DNA of 64,000 bases from Chiloscyllium plagiosum (Eukaryota), in contig NC_057719.1 of the NCBI RefSeq assembly GCF_004010195.1, positions 89,736,959 through 89,800,958 on the forward strand, read 5' to 3'. The position numbers and the translations under genes are program-made. This document shows positions 25,125 to 38,320 of the stretch, in pieces. The notes below the pieces were generated by a model. The model did not search any database, had not been told where the DNA came from, and worked only from the letters and a program-made list of their open reading frames with translations. Position 1 is the first letter of the stretch; each line of letters begins with the position of its first letter.

Positions 25125-26200
25125 AGTAAGATTATAGCCCAATCAAGGAAGCTGTGAGTGCAGTCTAAGTAGGTGATGGAAGCGTTAAATGAATATTTTT
25201 CATCAGTATTCACATTTTGTCAAGGACAATAGAGATACAGGCTACTAGATTAGATGAGATTGAGATTCACAAGCGCGAGGTGTTAGCAATTCTGGAAAGT
25301 GTGAAAATAGATAAGTCCCCTGGGCTGGTTGGGATTTATCCTCTGATTCTCTGGGAAGCCAAGGAGGAGAATGCAGAGCCTTTGGCTTTAAACTTTGTCC
25401 TCACTGTTTACAGGAATAGTGCCAGAAGACTGGAGAATAGCAAATGTTGTGCCCTTGTTCAAGAAGAGGCATAGAGACCACCCTGGTAATTATAGACCAG
25501 TGACCAGTGGGGCTGTGGGTAAAGTGTTGGAAAAGGTTATAAGAAGGTTGAGAGGTGACTTAATTGAGACATATAAAATAGTCAGGGTTAAAAATCACAC
25601 AACACCAGGTTATAGTCCAACAGGTTTAATTGGAAGCACACTATAACAGATGAAAGGCTTAACAGACAATCAATTCTTCAATGTATAATTTCAGTTACAT
25701 CACACTGCAAATTTTTGCTATAAATTCTGTTATGATCGAGCCCTCCACAATCACCTGATGAAGGAGCGTCGCTCCGAAAGTTAGTGTGCTTCCAATTAAA
25801 CCTGTTGGACTATAACCTGGTGTTGTGTGATTTTTAACTTTGTATACCCCAGTCCAACACCGGCATCTCCGAATCAAAAATAGTCAGGGGATTAGATGGG
25901 GTGGACATTGAGAGCCTGTTTCCTTGGATGGTGATGGCTAGCACAAGGGGATTAAATTGAGGGGTGATAGATATAGGACAGATGTCAGAGGTAGTTTCTT
26001 TACTCAGTGAGTAGTTGCAACAGTAGTAAACTTGCCAACGTTAAGGGCATGTAAATGGTCATTGGATAAACAAATGGATGAAAATGGAATAGTGTAGCTT
26101 AGATGGGCTTCAGATTGGTTCCATGGGTCAGCACAACATCGAGGGCCGAAGGGCCTGTATTGCACTGGAATGTTCTATGTAATGTTCTCTGTTCTATGAA
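25125..26200 (+). mobile_element. Internally deleted CR1 with family B palindrome (25588-25876)
   Basis: IDKSPG.GIYP, VPEDWRIANVVPLFKK; TSD aaaatagtcaggg (25575-25587/25877-25889). Confidence 0.85.
25752..25786 (+). ncRNA. Minimal hammerhead ribozyme motif (family B)
   Basis: CAC-CUGAUGA-A-GGAGC-GUC-GCUCC-GAAA-GU-UA-GUG: stem I CAC/GUG and a 5-bp stem II. Confidence 0.75.
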
Positions 26201-26539
26201 GTAGAGGTGCTGTATCATGTCTCAGGATCTCTTGTTCCATGCAGTAATCACCATGCTACCATGTCCCCTACCTAATACGGTGATAAATAATTAAGAAGGA
26301 TCTTTCTCTGCATTCACTTCTCATGGCCAAGAGTCCTTTGGACTCCATCTGTCTGCATTATTCTCACTCTGCCTTGGCAATTTTTTCTGATTTCTTACCG
26401 CTGTTATTGTCAACTATGAACTAGATTAGTAACGAGCGAACAGATAAATCTTCTTTGCTGAAAGACAGTCCGGCATTGAATATTTTGGTGTGGGGGAGGG
26501 GAAGAAATATTTCCAAAAGAGCCAGCAGAAGGCTGAAGA

Positions 26540-28530
26540 CCAGGTGAAGGGAAAAGCTGGTAAGTGAAAGGAATGCTGGATGACTAAAGAAATTTGAGGG
26601 TTTGGTTTAAAAAAAAGAGGAACCAAATTGTCAGGTATAGACAGGATAGATCAAGTGAATCCTTAGAGTATAAAGGCAGTAGGAGTATACTTAAGAGGGA
26701 AATCAGGAGGGCAGCAAGGGGACATGAGATAGCTTTGGCAAATAGGGCTAAGGAGACTCCAAAGCATCTTTACAAATGCATTAAGGGTAAAAGGGTAACT
26801 AGGGAGAGAATAGGGACCTTCAAAAGATCAGCAAGGCAGTCTTTGTGTGGAGCTGCAGGAGATGGAGAGATACTAAGTGAGTATTTTGCATCAGTACCTA
26901 TTGTGGAAAAGGACATGGAGGATATAGAATGTAGGGAAATAGATAATAGACATCTTGAAAAATGTCCAGATTACAGAGGCGGAAGTGTTGGATGTCTTGA
27001 AATGCATAAAGGTGGATAAATCCCCAGGATATGATCAGGCGTACCCTAGAACTCTGGGAAGCTAGGTAAGTGATTGCCCTGCCTCTTGCTGAAATATTTG
27101 TATCATCGATAGTCGCAGATGAGGTATCGGAAGATTGGAGGTTGGCAAACGTGGTGCCACTGTTTGATAAAGGTGGTAAGGACAAGCCAGGGAACTATAG
27201 ACCAGTGAGCCTGATGTCGGTGGTGGGCAGGTTGTTGGAGGGAATCCTGAGGGACAGGATGTACATGTATTTGGAAAGGCAAGGACTGATTAGGAATGGT
27301 CTGCATGGCTTTGTGCATGGGAAATCATGTCTCACAAACTTGATTGAGTTTTTTGAAGAAATAAGAGGCCTGATGAGGGCAGAGCGATTAGATGTGATCT
27401 ATATGTACTTCAGTAAGGCGTCTGACAAGGTTCCCCATGGGAGACTGATTAGCAAGGTTAGATCTCATGGAATACAGGGAGAACTAGCCATTTGGATACA
27501 GAACAGGCTCAAAGGTAGAAGCCAGAGGGTGGTGGTGGAGGGTTGTTTTTCACACTGGAAGCCTGTGACCAGTGGAGTGCCACAAGGATTGGTGCTGGGT
27601 CCACTACTTTACTTTGATTTGAATGTGAGCATAAGAGGTACAGTTAGTAAGTTTGCAGATGACACTAAAATTGGAGGTGCAGTGGATAGCGAAGAAGGTT
27701 ACCTCAGATTACAAAGGGATCTTGATCAGATGGGCCAATGGGCTGAGGATTGGCAGATGGAGTTTAATAAATGCGAGGTGCTGCATTTTGGGAAAGCAAA
27801 TCTTAGCAGGTCTTATACACTTAATGGCAAGGTCCTAGGGAGTGTTGCTGAACAAAGAGACCTTGGAGTGCAGGTTCATAGCTCCTTGCAAGTAGAGTTG
27901 CAGGTAGATGGGATAGTGAAGATGGTTTTTGGTATGCTTTCCTTTTATTGGTCAGAATATTGAGCACAGGAGCTGGGAGGTCATTGGTTAGGCCACTTTT
28001 GGAATATTGTGTGCAATTCTGGTCTCCTTCCGATCGGAAAGATGTTGTGAAACTTGAAAGGATTCAGAAAAGATTGACAAGGATGTTGCCAGGGTTGGAG
28101 GATTTGAGCTATAGGGAGTGGTTGAATAGGCTGGGGCTGTTTTCCCTGCAGCGTCAGAGGCTGAGGGGTGACTTTATAGAGGTTTACAAAATCATGAGGA
28201 GCATGGATAAATAGACAAAGTCTCTTCCTTGTGTTGTGGTGGTCCAGATGTAGAAGGCATAGGTTTAGGGTGAGAGGGGAAAGATATAAAAGAGACCTAC
28301 GGGGGCAATGTTTTCACACGGGGTGATATGTGAAAGGAATGAGCTGTCAGAGGAAGTGGTGAAGGCTAGTACAATTTCAGCATTTTAAAAGGTATTTGGA
28401 TGGGTATATGAATAGGAAGGGTTTGGAGGGACATGGGCCAGGTGCTGGCAGGTGGGACTAGATTGGGTTAGGATATCTGGTCGGCATGGACAAGTTGGTC
28501 TGAAGGGTCTGTTTCCATGCTGTACATCTG
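26540..28530 (+). mobile_element. CR1/HER1-like LINE ORF2 (RT) to 3' end, frameshifted
   Basis: ORF 27070-27963 with KPGNYRPVSL, GKSCLTNL, SGVPQG, KFADDTK. Confidence 0.95.
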
Positions 28531-28599
28531 AGTCTAGAATACACAAAGTCCAAACATGAGAAGAAACACATGCAGTAGAATACTGGTTTCTCCACTTTA

Positions 28600-29270
28600 A
28601 GGAGCTGAATGACTTTGCACTCCAGTCTTACTGGAAAGAAATTAAGCAAAGTCCATAATGATGCCCGCTGAAGAGTTAATGGAATGTGATTCTGACAAAT
28701 TGCTCTGCGCCATGAAACAAGTTGACACCATCTGGTTTCAAGATTAAATGGTCTGTGGCAACAAGAATGATGACTGCAGAAAAAGCATTTGTAAATCTGA
28801 AGTGTTACACTCGAGTGCTTCAGGCAGCATCATGGTCTTGCAGATCTATTTAAAATGGCTGCTATGATTCCCCAAAATGAAGTCCTTGAAGGCAAAGTTG
28901 AGGCTGTATGATGGAACAATACTCAACACGAGGGCAGGTCAAGTTAAAAGCCTACTGCACATGGACCACATAGATCTGCAGTACCAGGTGGTGGACATGA
29001 GTGACAGAAAATTTAAAATCCACTTAGCTCAACTAAGTCTAAAGCTTGGATTGGTAAACCCAAAACTGGAGTGTTTCACAGCTGAGGCTGGCTGAAAAAA
29101 CATTACATAGCTGTCTTTTCTTGACAGATATTGGATGTCTTCTGATTGTCTCAAAGATGGCAATACTCAGTGTAAAGCCTGCTCTAAATTTGCCAGTGAA
29201 GGTTCCAGTTGCTCTCCGGTCCAACATGAAAGAGACAATAGAGATGGAAAATAAAAGAGAAATGATTTTC
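28600..29270 (+). pseudogene. Old Gypsy pol (protease/RT N-terminus) remnant
   Basis: KLRLYDGTILNTR and VKPALNLPVKVPVALRSNMKETIEME resemble Gypsy PR and RT-leading motifs; heavily frameshifted. Confidence 0.5.
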
Positions 29271-30935
29271 AGCATGGCAATAAAAAAAATCTTTGAAAGC
29301 TGAGGGCATGTCAGAATAGAAATTTTGCTGTAACTTCTTGAAAGGGTGATACAAGCAGAAATTCTCAAGTATTTAGATGGGCACTTGCAATGCCAAGGTA
29401 TTACAAAGTAACGGGCCAACTGCTAGAAATGGGATTTGAATAATTAAACGGTTGCCTCCGCACTGGTCAAAAAAATGCGCCAACGGGTCTTTTTTTTAAT
29501 GTGGTAGAGATCTCCAACTTTACCTGGGCTCATTGCTAAGAGTGTTCAATGGTGGAAGCAGTTTTCACTTACATCAGCAACAAGTGATAATAATTCCAGT
29601 GCTGAGTTGTTGAGCATGTTGATTATATCACCCTGCAATGTGACATGACTTTCAATTTTGGGAGGGCAGCCATTAAATCCTATACTTGGGACAGATGTCA
29701 AATCTGAAATGAGTTTTTATTTCAAGAAGGTAGTATTGATATGGTCAATGAACTTTGGCAAAAATGGGCTTCATGGCTCCAATGGTGTCTGCAGTGAGAA
29801 GTGCACAAGTCAGGAAGGATGCCAGCACAGTGTACCAGAGATTTTTAAAGTCGATTGATTTAATAACATCCAGTAGCCTTTTATACTCATTTGTATTCTT
29901 CAAACTTGGACTGCATGGGTTGGTGAATAAGCAATTAGAATTTAATGAGCTGCATAAAGGATGGTCTTGGTTTTGGGGAATGTTTTAGGCTGAAGAGTAG
30001 ATTGTTGCCTTGGAATGAACTGGAGGGGTACATATGGATTATGATTTCTGAAGTTTGCAATTTTTAAATAGTCTGCCTTATAATTTTTGCATCTTTCTGT
30101 CATTCAGCTTACACGAGAAAGTGCACGGGATGGTTGGTTGAAGACTTCATGCTGAACAAGCTGATAGCTAACAATTGTAACAAGCAAACACAAAATATTA
30201 AATTAGTGACCATGTGTTAAACACTTCACATAGTCTGTACCTGCTGTTTGTAAACCTAATACATTTTTTAACGAAATACAGTTAAAATTGTGTGTGATCT
30301 GTAAGATAGATCTGTAGTTTTGGTATACGTTTCCTCTGGTGATGGCTTTTCCTTGGATGGTGATGGTTAGCATGAGGAGACATAGCTTTAAATTGAGGGG
30401 TGATAGATGTCAGAGGAAGTTTCTTTACTCAGTAGTAGGGATATAGAATGCCTTGCCTGCAACAATTGTAGACTTGCCAAGTTTGAGGGCATTTAAATGG
30501 TGATTGGATCAACAAATGGATGAAAATGGAATAGTGTAGGTTAGATGGGCTTCAGGTTGGTTCCACATGTCAGCGCAGCATCGAGGGCTGAAGGGCCTGT
30601 ACTTAGCTGTTATGTTCTACATTTTTGATATGAAAATGTGCGTATGGTCCTCTGATAATTAAGGCATTGTTAACACTCTCTTTAAGATTTCCCCAGTCTT
30701 CTGGATATTGTCAACATGGTGTGAGTGGTTCATAGAATTAGTTATTTGTGTTTTGTGCAGTGCAGCAGAAACACTTTACTGACTAACAGAGTACACTGAA
30801 ATTATTAGGAGTGGAAGAGTCACCTTTCCTGGACTCATGCTTTTGACCACAATTTTAACAATGCTGCTGGAGAGTGGCTGGTGGGTGAAAAAGAATTGGT
30901 CTCTGAACAATGAGCCAACTGCTGACACTCGCCTT

Positions 30936-31272
30936 GGTGGCTCAGTGGTTAGTACTGCTGCCTCACAGTGCCAGGGGCCCAGATTCGATTCCAGCCTCAG
31001 GTGACTTTGAAAGCTCCACACAGACATTCTCCCCATGTCTATGTGGGTTTCTTCTGGGTGCTCCAGCTTCCTCCCACAATCTAGAGATGTGCAGATTAGA
31101 TGAATTGGCCATTCTAAATTGCCCAGTGTTCAGGGATGTGTAAGCATGATGCTTTAGTCAGGGGAAATGTAGAGTGATAGGGTAGGGGAATGGGTCTGGG
31201 TGGGATATTGTTCAGAAGGTCGATGTGGACTTGTTGGGCCAAATGGCCTGTTTCCACATTGTAGGGATTCTC
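30936..31272 (+). mobile_element. HE1-like SINE
   Basis: ggtggctcagtggttagtactgctgcctcacag head; same body. Confidence 0.88.
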
Positions 31273-31449
31273 TGACTCTAAAACATTGTAGAGTGCCCCT
31301 TTAAAGATATGGATAGCTCCCCAGCAAGAGCTGACTGACTTAATCCTTCAAAGAAATGAAAATTGCAATTATTTTCTGGTAACAATCCAAATGAAAACTT
31401 GCAGAAATAAAGTAGGCTCCACTTATCTTTCTGTGCAATCTATTTAAGT

Positions 31450-31654
31450 GGAGAAAGTGAGGTCTGCAGATGCTGGAGATCAAAGTTGAAACTTTATTGC
31501 TGGAACAGCACAGCAGGTCAGGCAGTATCCAGGGAACAGGAGATTCGACGTTTCGGGCACAGGCCTGAAGAAGGGCCTGTGCCCGAAACGTCGAATCTCC
31601 TGTTCCCTGGATGCTGCCTGACCTGCTGTGCTGTTCCAGCAATAAAGTTTCAAC
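31450..31654. mobile_element. Young family A palindrome
   Basis: Near-perfect inverted arms; TSD atctatttaagt (31438-31449/31655-31666). Confidence 0.88.
31564..31596 (+). ncRNA. Hammerhead core (family A) at the centre of a palindrome
   Basis: CUGAAGA-A-GGGC-CUGU-GCCC-GAAACGUC. Confidence 0.7.
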
Positions 31655-32299
31655 ATCTATTTAAGTGGGCCAACCTGCAACTAAAGCCCAAATTGTTACT
31701 CCTCCTACTTTAGCTTTATCCAATCAACATGGAGGTGAGATTTGATCTTTCCATTTCCTGTATTAGTAGCAATATTTTGCAAGAATTTCAGAGCAGAAGT
31801 GAGCCATTTTGTCCTTTTTGAGGTGCGCTATGATAATCGCTGATCTACCTAAATTTCATCTTCTCTGACACTGCCTCCATATCACCCAATTTCCCCTACT
31901 TGAAAGCCTATGAATGGCTAAGTCATTTTATGTGTCTGTATACATCCAGTCTTGTTGATTTTATTTTTTTGTTTTTGTTCACCTTCTCATTTCAAGATTT
32001 GACAATTTTCAGTTTTTCATTCTCTTGCTGTCTCCGTGTCTGACAAATATATTTTATTTCAAACAGCAAAGCAACGGGGGCTGCTTCATACCAAGGCTGT
32101 TGGAACATTACTCCTCAAATGTTCCACAAACTGCAACCATTTACAATATCCTCTTTTCTGTCAGGGGTAAAGTGCAAACAAATATACTTTCAATATAAAT
32201 TGTTCACAATATTGATCCATTTATTTGTATTTTTAAATATGTTTAATTTTCAGTATTGTCTGTCAAGTAAATTGGAAAGTGTATATTGTGATGCTGTAT

Positions 32300-33000
32300 A
32301 GATGAGGGATGGATTGCTCCTGATATTCTTAAATGTTATGAAAGTTTTTGCCTCTACCATTCTGAGAGGCAGTGACTTCCAAATTCCCACCACCTCCCAT
32401 CTCCTGTAAACCTTGTGCCCCCTGGTCATTAATCCCTCCATTAATGTGAAAAGTTCCTTCCTGTCTACCCTATGTATGCCCCTCATAATTTTATATATCT
32501 CAATCAGTCCTTCAGTCTTGTCTAAGTAAAACAACCACAGTCTATCCAATCTCTCTTCATAACTGAAACTCTCCAAACTAGGCAACATCCTGGTAAGTCT
32601 ACTTTTGCACCCTCCCCAGTTCAATCATATCCCTTCTATTATGTGGATTCCAGAACTGCACACAATAGACGAGGCCCAACCACAATTTTATGCAGTTCTG
32701 GCATCATCTCCCTGCTGTTTAAACTCCAAGACCTGGCTAATAAAGTCAAGAATCCCATATAATGTTTTAGCCATTTTATCCACCTGTCCTGATACCTTAA
32801 GGGACTTGTACATATGCATATCAAGGTCTGTCTGATCCTTGGTGCTTCCCAGGCCTCTACTGTTTATGTATTCCCTTGGCTTGTTTATCTCTCCCAAGTG
32901 CCTCACCTACCTGATAGACTGATCAGAAGTAAGTGGAATTCAATCTACAGCCTCCTGTAGACTAAGGCTTTCCTCCTATTTTACCACCCCATCAATTTTC
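32300..33000 (-). mobile_element. Old CR1 fragment
   Basis: RLTRMLPSLESFSYEERLDRLWLF, TRGH. Confidence 0.8.
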
Positions 33001-33110
33001 TTTCCTACACTTTCACGTCTTCTCTATTTACAATAAATTCTGCAGTGTTATATTTAAGGTGGCAGGAGTGTTCTGTTACCGTGTCTAAATGGTGCTTACT
33101 GCCATAGAGA

Positions 33111-33142
<32 letters not shown>

Positions 33143-33175
33143 TTCCAGGCCAAATGGCACTGTCTAGTGAGTAGG

Positions 33176-33675
33176 NNNNNNNNNNNNNNNNNNNNNNNNN
33201 NNNNNNNNNNNNNNNNNNNNNNNNNNNNNNNNNNNNNNNNNNNNNNNNNNNNNNNNNNNNNNNNNNNNNNNNNNNNNNNNNNNNNNNNNNNNNNNNNNNN
33301 NNNNNNNNNNNNNNNNNNNNNNNNNNNNNNNNNNNNNNNNNNNNNNNNNNNNNNNNNNNNNNNNNNNNNNNNNNNNNNNNNNNNNNNNNNNNNNNNNNNN
33401 NNNNNNNNNNNNNNNNNNNNNNNNNNNNNNNNNNNNNNNNNNNNNNNNNNNNNNNNNNNNNNNNNNNNNNNNNNNNNNNNNNNNNNNNNNNNNNNNNNNN
33501 NNNNNNNNNNNNNNNNNNNNNNNNNNNNNNNNNNNNNNNNNNNNNNNNNNNNNNNNNNNNNNNNNNNNNNNNNNNNNNNNNNNNNNNNNNNNNNNNNNNN
33601 NNNNNNNNNNNNNNNNNNNNNNNNNNNNNNNNNNNNNNNNNNNNNNNNNNNNNNNNNNNNNNNNNNNNNNNNNNN
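33176..33675. other. Assembly gap (others at 49418-49918, 53829-53886 and 58994-59012)
   Basis: Runs of N. Confidence 1.
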
Positions 33676-35380
33676 TCATGTCCCCGTTTTGCCCTCCTGG
33701 TTTCCCTCCTACTTTCTTTATACTCTAAGGATTCACTCGATCTATCCTGACTATACCTGATATATGCTTCCTTCTTTTTCTTAACCAAACCCTCAATTTC
33801 TTTAGTCATCCAGCATTCCCAAACCTACCAGCCTTCCCTTTCACCCTGACAGGAATATACTTTCTCTGGATTCTTGTTCTCATTTCTGAAGGCTTCCCAT
33901 TTTCCAGCCGTCCATTTATCTGCGAACATCTGCCTCCAACCAGCTGTCAAAAGTTCTTGCCTAATACCGTCAAAATTGGCCTTTCTCCACTTTAGAACTT
34001 CAACTTTTAGATCTGGTCTATCCTTTTCCATCACTATTTTAAAATAAATAGAATTATGGTCACTGGCCCCAAAGATGCTCCCCCACTGACACCTCAGTTA
34101 CCTGCCCTGCCTTATTTCCCAAGAGTAGGTCAAGTTTTGCACCTTCTCTCGTAGGTACATCCACATACTGAATCAGAAAGTTGTCTTGTACAAACTTAAG
34201 AAATTCCTCTCCATCTAAACCTTTAACACTATGGCAGCCCTAGTCGATGTTTGGAAAGTTAAAATCCCCTACCATAACTACCCTATTATCCTTATAGATA
34301 GCCGAGATCTCCTTACAAGTTTGTTTCTCAATTTCCCTCTGACTATTAGGGGGTCTATAATACAATCCCAATAAGGTGATCATCCTTTTCTTATTTCTCA
34401 GTTCCACCCAAATATCTTCCCTGGATGTATTTCTGGGAATATCTTCCCTCAGCACAGCTGTAATGCTATCACTTATCAAAAATGCCATTCCCCCTTCTCT
34501 CTTGCCTCCCTTTCTATCCGTCCTGTAGCATTTGTATCCTGGAACATTAAGCTGCCAGTCCTGCCCATCCCTGAGCAATGTTTCTGTATTTGCTATGATA
34601 TCCCAGTCCCATGTTCCTAACCATGCCCTGAGTTCATCTGCCTTCCCCGTTAGGCCCCTTCCATTGAAATAAATGCAGTTCAATTTATTAGTCCTACCTT
34701 GTCCCTGCCTGTTTGACTCACTTCTGTTCTCAGCTGTACCCGTCTCAGATCGATCTCTTTCCTCACTATCTCCCTAGGTCCCACCCCCCCCCACTTTACT
34801 AGTTTAAATCCTCCCAAGCAGTTCTAGCAAATTTCCCTGCCAGTGTATTAGTCCCCTTCCAATTTCGGTGCAATCCATTCTTCTTGTACAGGTCTCTTCT
34901 ACCCCAAAAGAGATTCCAATGATCCAAAAATGTGAATCCTTCTCCCATAAACCAGCTCCTCAGCCATGCATTCATCTGCTCTATCCTCCTATTCCTGCCC
35001 TCTCTAGCTCATAGCACTGGGAGTAATCCAGATATTACTACCCTTGAGGACCTCCTTTTTAAATTTCTGCCTAACTCCCTGTAATCTCCCTTCAGAGTCT
35101 CAACCTTTTCCCTTCCAATGTCGTTGGTTCCAATGTGGACAATGACCTCCTGCTGGCCCCTCTCCCCCATGAGAACATTCTGCACCCTCTCTGAGGCATC
35201 CTTGATCCTGGCACCAGGGAAACAACACATCATTCTGCTTTTTCTCTGCTGGCCACAGTAACGTCTGTCTGTAACCTCAGACGACAGAATCCCCTAACAC
35301 AATTGATCTCTTGGACGTCGACGTACCCGTCGTTGCATTAAAACCAGTCTCAATACCAGAAACTTGTCTGTTCAACTTTT
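33676..35380 (-). mobile_element. CR1 LINE 5' part: ORF1 SGNH-esterase plus ORF2 APE endonuclease
   Basis: CFPGARIKD...VHIGTND...VVISGLLP (ORF1); CIYFNGRG...TET...YYRPP...VGDFNFPNID (APE). Confidence 0.92.
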
Positions 35381-35399
35381 ACTGTACCTCATTCTTAGA

Positions 35400-38320
35400 A
35401 GGATCCACACCCTCAACAAACTTTTTTTTCCTCCGCCCTATTGAACATCAAAGATTGTAAGTACGCCAAACTCTCTCCTACTCGCCTCACCTCCAGATAG
35501 ACCTCTTCAACCACTCTGGGGATACTAACCGTATCCCCGACCACCTCCTGAATCCACCTGGGCCATTAACAACGCAGTTGCTCCAGTTGCTTGCATGGAC
35601 ACCAGTGATGACATCATTTCCACTGATGCCGCTGATCATGTGATGACCGTTGATGTCCACTTGACCCTTTCTCAACACATAGCTACTCCAGAAGTAGTCT
35701 CCACCCCCATTCTCCAGCTTAACACTCAGTCCCTGATAGATATACATCATCCCCCAACCCCCTGCCAGACATCCCCATTACTGAGGACAAATGGTCAGTC
35801 CTCAAAAAGGTCTCACATTCATTCCCCTGCGCCACGTCAACGAATTTCACACAAGCCACAATGTCAAACTCTTTATCCGCTGCCTCCACCTACATTCCTC
35901 CTTCTTCAAACATGAATCCCACTCATCCTCTGTCGACCCTTTTTCCACCTCCAATAAAGGCCATCCTTCCTGGACACCACCGCCCTGGCCTCCTATCCTC
36001 CCTCGATTTCTTCTTCACCAACTGCTGTTGTGACACCAATCGCTTGAATCTCTCCATCCCTCTGACCAACTCCAACCTCTCCCCATGGGGATGCACAGCC
36101 CTCTGCTCCAATCCCAACTTAACTATCAAACTCACTGACAAAGGGAGGCATGGTGGTAGTATGGCTTACTGACCTCTGTATCACTACTGCCAGATAGCAA
36201 ATCTGACGTGTCCTCCTACCATCCCCTTGATCATGACCCCACCTCATTACCAAACTATTAATGGGTGGTGTAGGATTGAGGAATTATCTCCTACTCAAAA
36301 TCCATAAACCCAATTACCCCAGTGGACCCATTGTCTCCTTCTGCTCCTGCCCCGCTAAACTCAGCTCCGCTTATCTCAACTCCCGTCCTCTGCCCTTGGG
36401 TCCAGGAAATCCCCACTTACATTCGGGTAATCATGCATGCCCTCCACCTTCTCCAAGACTTTTCAATTCCCCGGCCCTCAACACCCTACCTTCATGATGG
36501 GCACTCAGTCTCTCTACACTTATCTCTCATGAGTGTTTAAATGTCCTCAGTTTCTCCTTCTCCCGTAGGGCCAATCCGTTACCCTCCACTGACATTCTCA
36601 CTCACTTGGCTGAACTGGTCCTCACTCAATAATTTCTCCTTTGACTCCTCCCATTTCCACCCACATTAACACCTGGCTCTTTGTAGGCTATGTGAAACAG
36701 TCCCTCTTCCACAGCAACATCAGCACCACCCCTCACCTTTTCCTCCGCTATACTGATCAATGCAATGGCAGTCATGCTCCCATGAAGAACTCATACCATT
36801 CAACAATTTCAACTACGCCACCCACCCCAACCCGAAATGCACCTGGACCATCTCTGACACCTCCCTCCCCTTAACAACATCCATTTCAAACCCACCGACT
36901 CCCAGAGCTACCTCGACTACACCTCCCCTCACCCACTCTCCTGCAAAAACATGACCCCGTGGTCCCAATTCCACCGGCTCCACCAGATCTGCTCCGTAGA
37001 GGAGGGGTTCCACTCCAGACACCCAGATGTACCCCTACTTCAAATACAGCGATTTCCCCTCTCCTGTAATTAATAATGGCCTCAGCTGCATTTCTTTCAT
37101 TTCCTGTACCTCTATCCTCAAATACCCTTCCCCCGACCATAATAAAAAGGATAAAATCCTGCTGGTCCTCACATACCATGCCACTAACCTCTAAATTCAA
37201 TGTATCATCCGCCACTATTTTTGCCACCTACAGTCAGACTCCATCACCAAACAGAGACCACTATCTGCTTTCTGTAGTGACTGTTTACTCCTAAACTCCC
37301 TTGTCAGGTCCCCATACCCCTCCAACTCCTCCTCTACACCCAGAACCTGTTGCTGCAACTGCAGGAAGCGCAACACCTGCCCCTAAACTCTCCTCTCACT
37401 TCTGTTCAAAGCCCCAGTCAATCCAAATCCGGCAAAGATTCACCTGCCCCCCCTCTTCCAACCTACTCTACACTGGAGAGACGACGTCATGAGCAATGGA
37501 TGCACCCAGTGGGCGGCACGGTGGTTATCACCGCTGCCTCACAGCGCCAGAGACCCGGGTTTAATTCCCGCCTCAGGCGACTGACTGTGTGGAGTTTGCA
37601 CATTCTCCCCGTGTCTGCGTGGGTTTCCTTTGGGTGCTCCGGTTTCCTCCCACAGTCCAAAAATGTGCAGGTTAGGTGAAGGGGTAAATGTAGGGGGATG
37701 GGTCTGGGTGGGTTGCGCTTCGGCGGGTCGGTGTGGACTTGTTGGGCCGAAGGGCTGTTTCCACACTAAGTAATCTAAGTAAAAGTAATCACCCATTGCT
37801 CCTGACAATGTCTCTCCTATGTAGAGGAGACCAAGCGCAGACTTGGGACCGGTCGCATGGCATCTGCACTCTGCATACTCCAATAAACACCACCTTCCAG
37901 TTACCAGTCGCTTCAACTCCTCCTCCCACTCCCTTGGCAACATGTCCATCCTGAGCCACCAAGCCACATGCAAACTGGAGGAACAAGACCCTCAAATTTC
38001 ACTTTGGGATCTTACAGCCCAATGACCTTAACAGAGTTCACCGGCCTCAAAAATCTCCCCACACCCAACCTCATCCCATGTCCAGTCTTCCCTCCCCTTT
38101 CTGCCTTCTTGACTGGACCCAACTTGTCCATCTTCCTTCGCACCTATCCACTCCACCCTTCCCACTTACTAATCATCATAACCCCCTACCTGCATCCACC
38201 TATCACCATCCCACTGACCCTTCCTCCAGCTCCCCCCCTACCCACATTTATTTCTCAGCTTCCTTCCCCCTCCCTAGTCCTGAAGAAGGGTCCCAAACCA
38301 AAACATCAACTTTTCTTCTG
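35400..38320 (+). mobile_element. Long degenerate Penelope-like element (contains an HE1 SINE at 37511-37778)
   Basis: Homologous to 15293-18225; KIHKP...PIVS RT motif at ~36297; LRYTD; GIY-YIG remnant at ~37810; decayed hammerhead at 38276-38310. Confidence 0.75.
37511..37778 (+). mobile_element. HE1-like SINE
   Basis: ggcggcacggtggtt head; taagtaatct tail. Confidence 0.9.

Noticed and set aside
27070..27963. 297-aa RT ORF as an active or domesticated gene
   Set aside because: Ordinary CR1 ORF2 piece with flanking frameshifts and a deletion next to the catalytic region.
33089..33809. Long ORFs in the ORF track (also 49331-50022 and 53777-54077)
   Set aside because: Artefacts of N runs translated as X.
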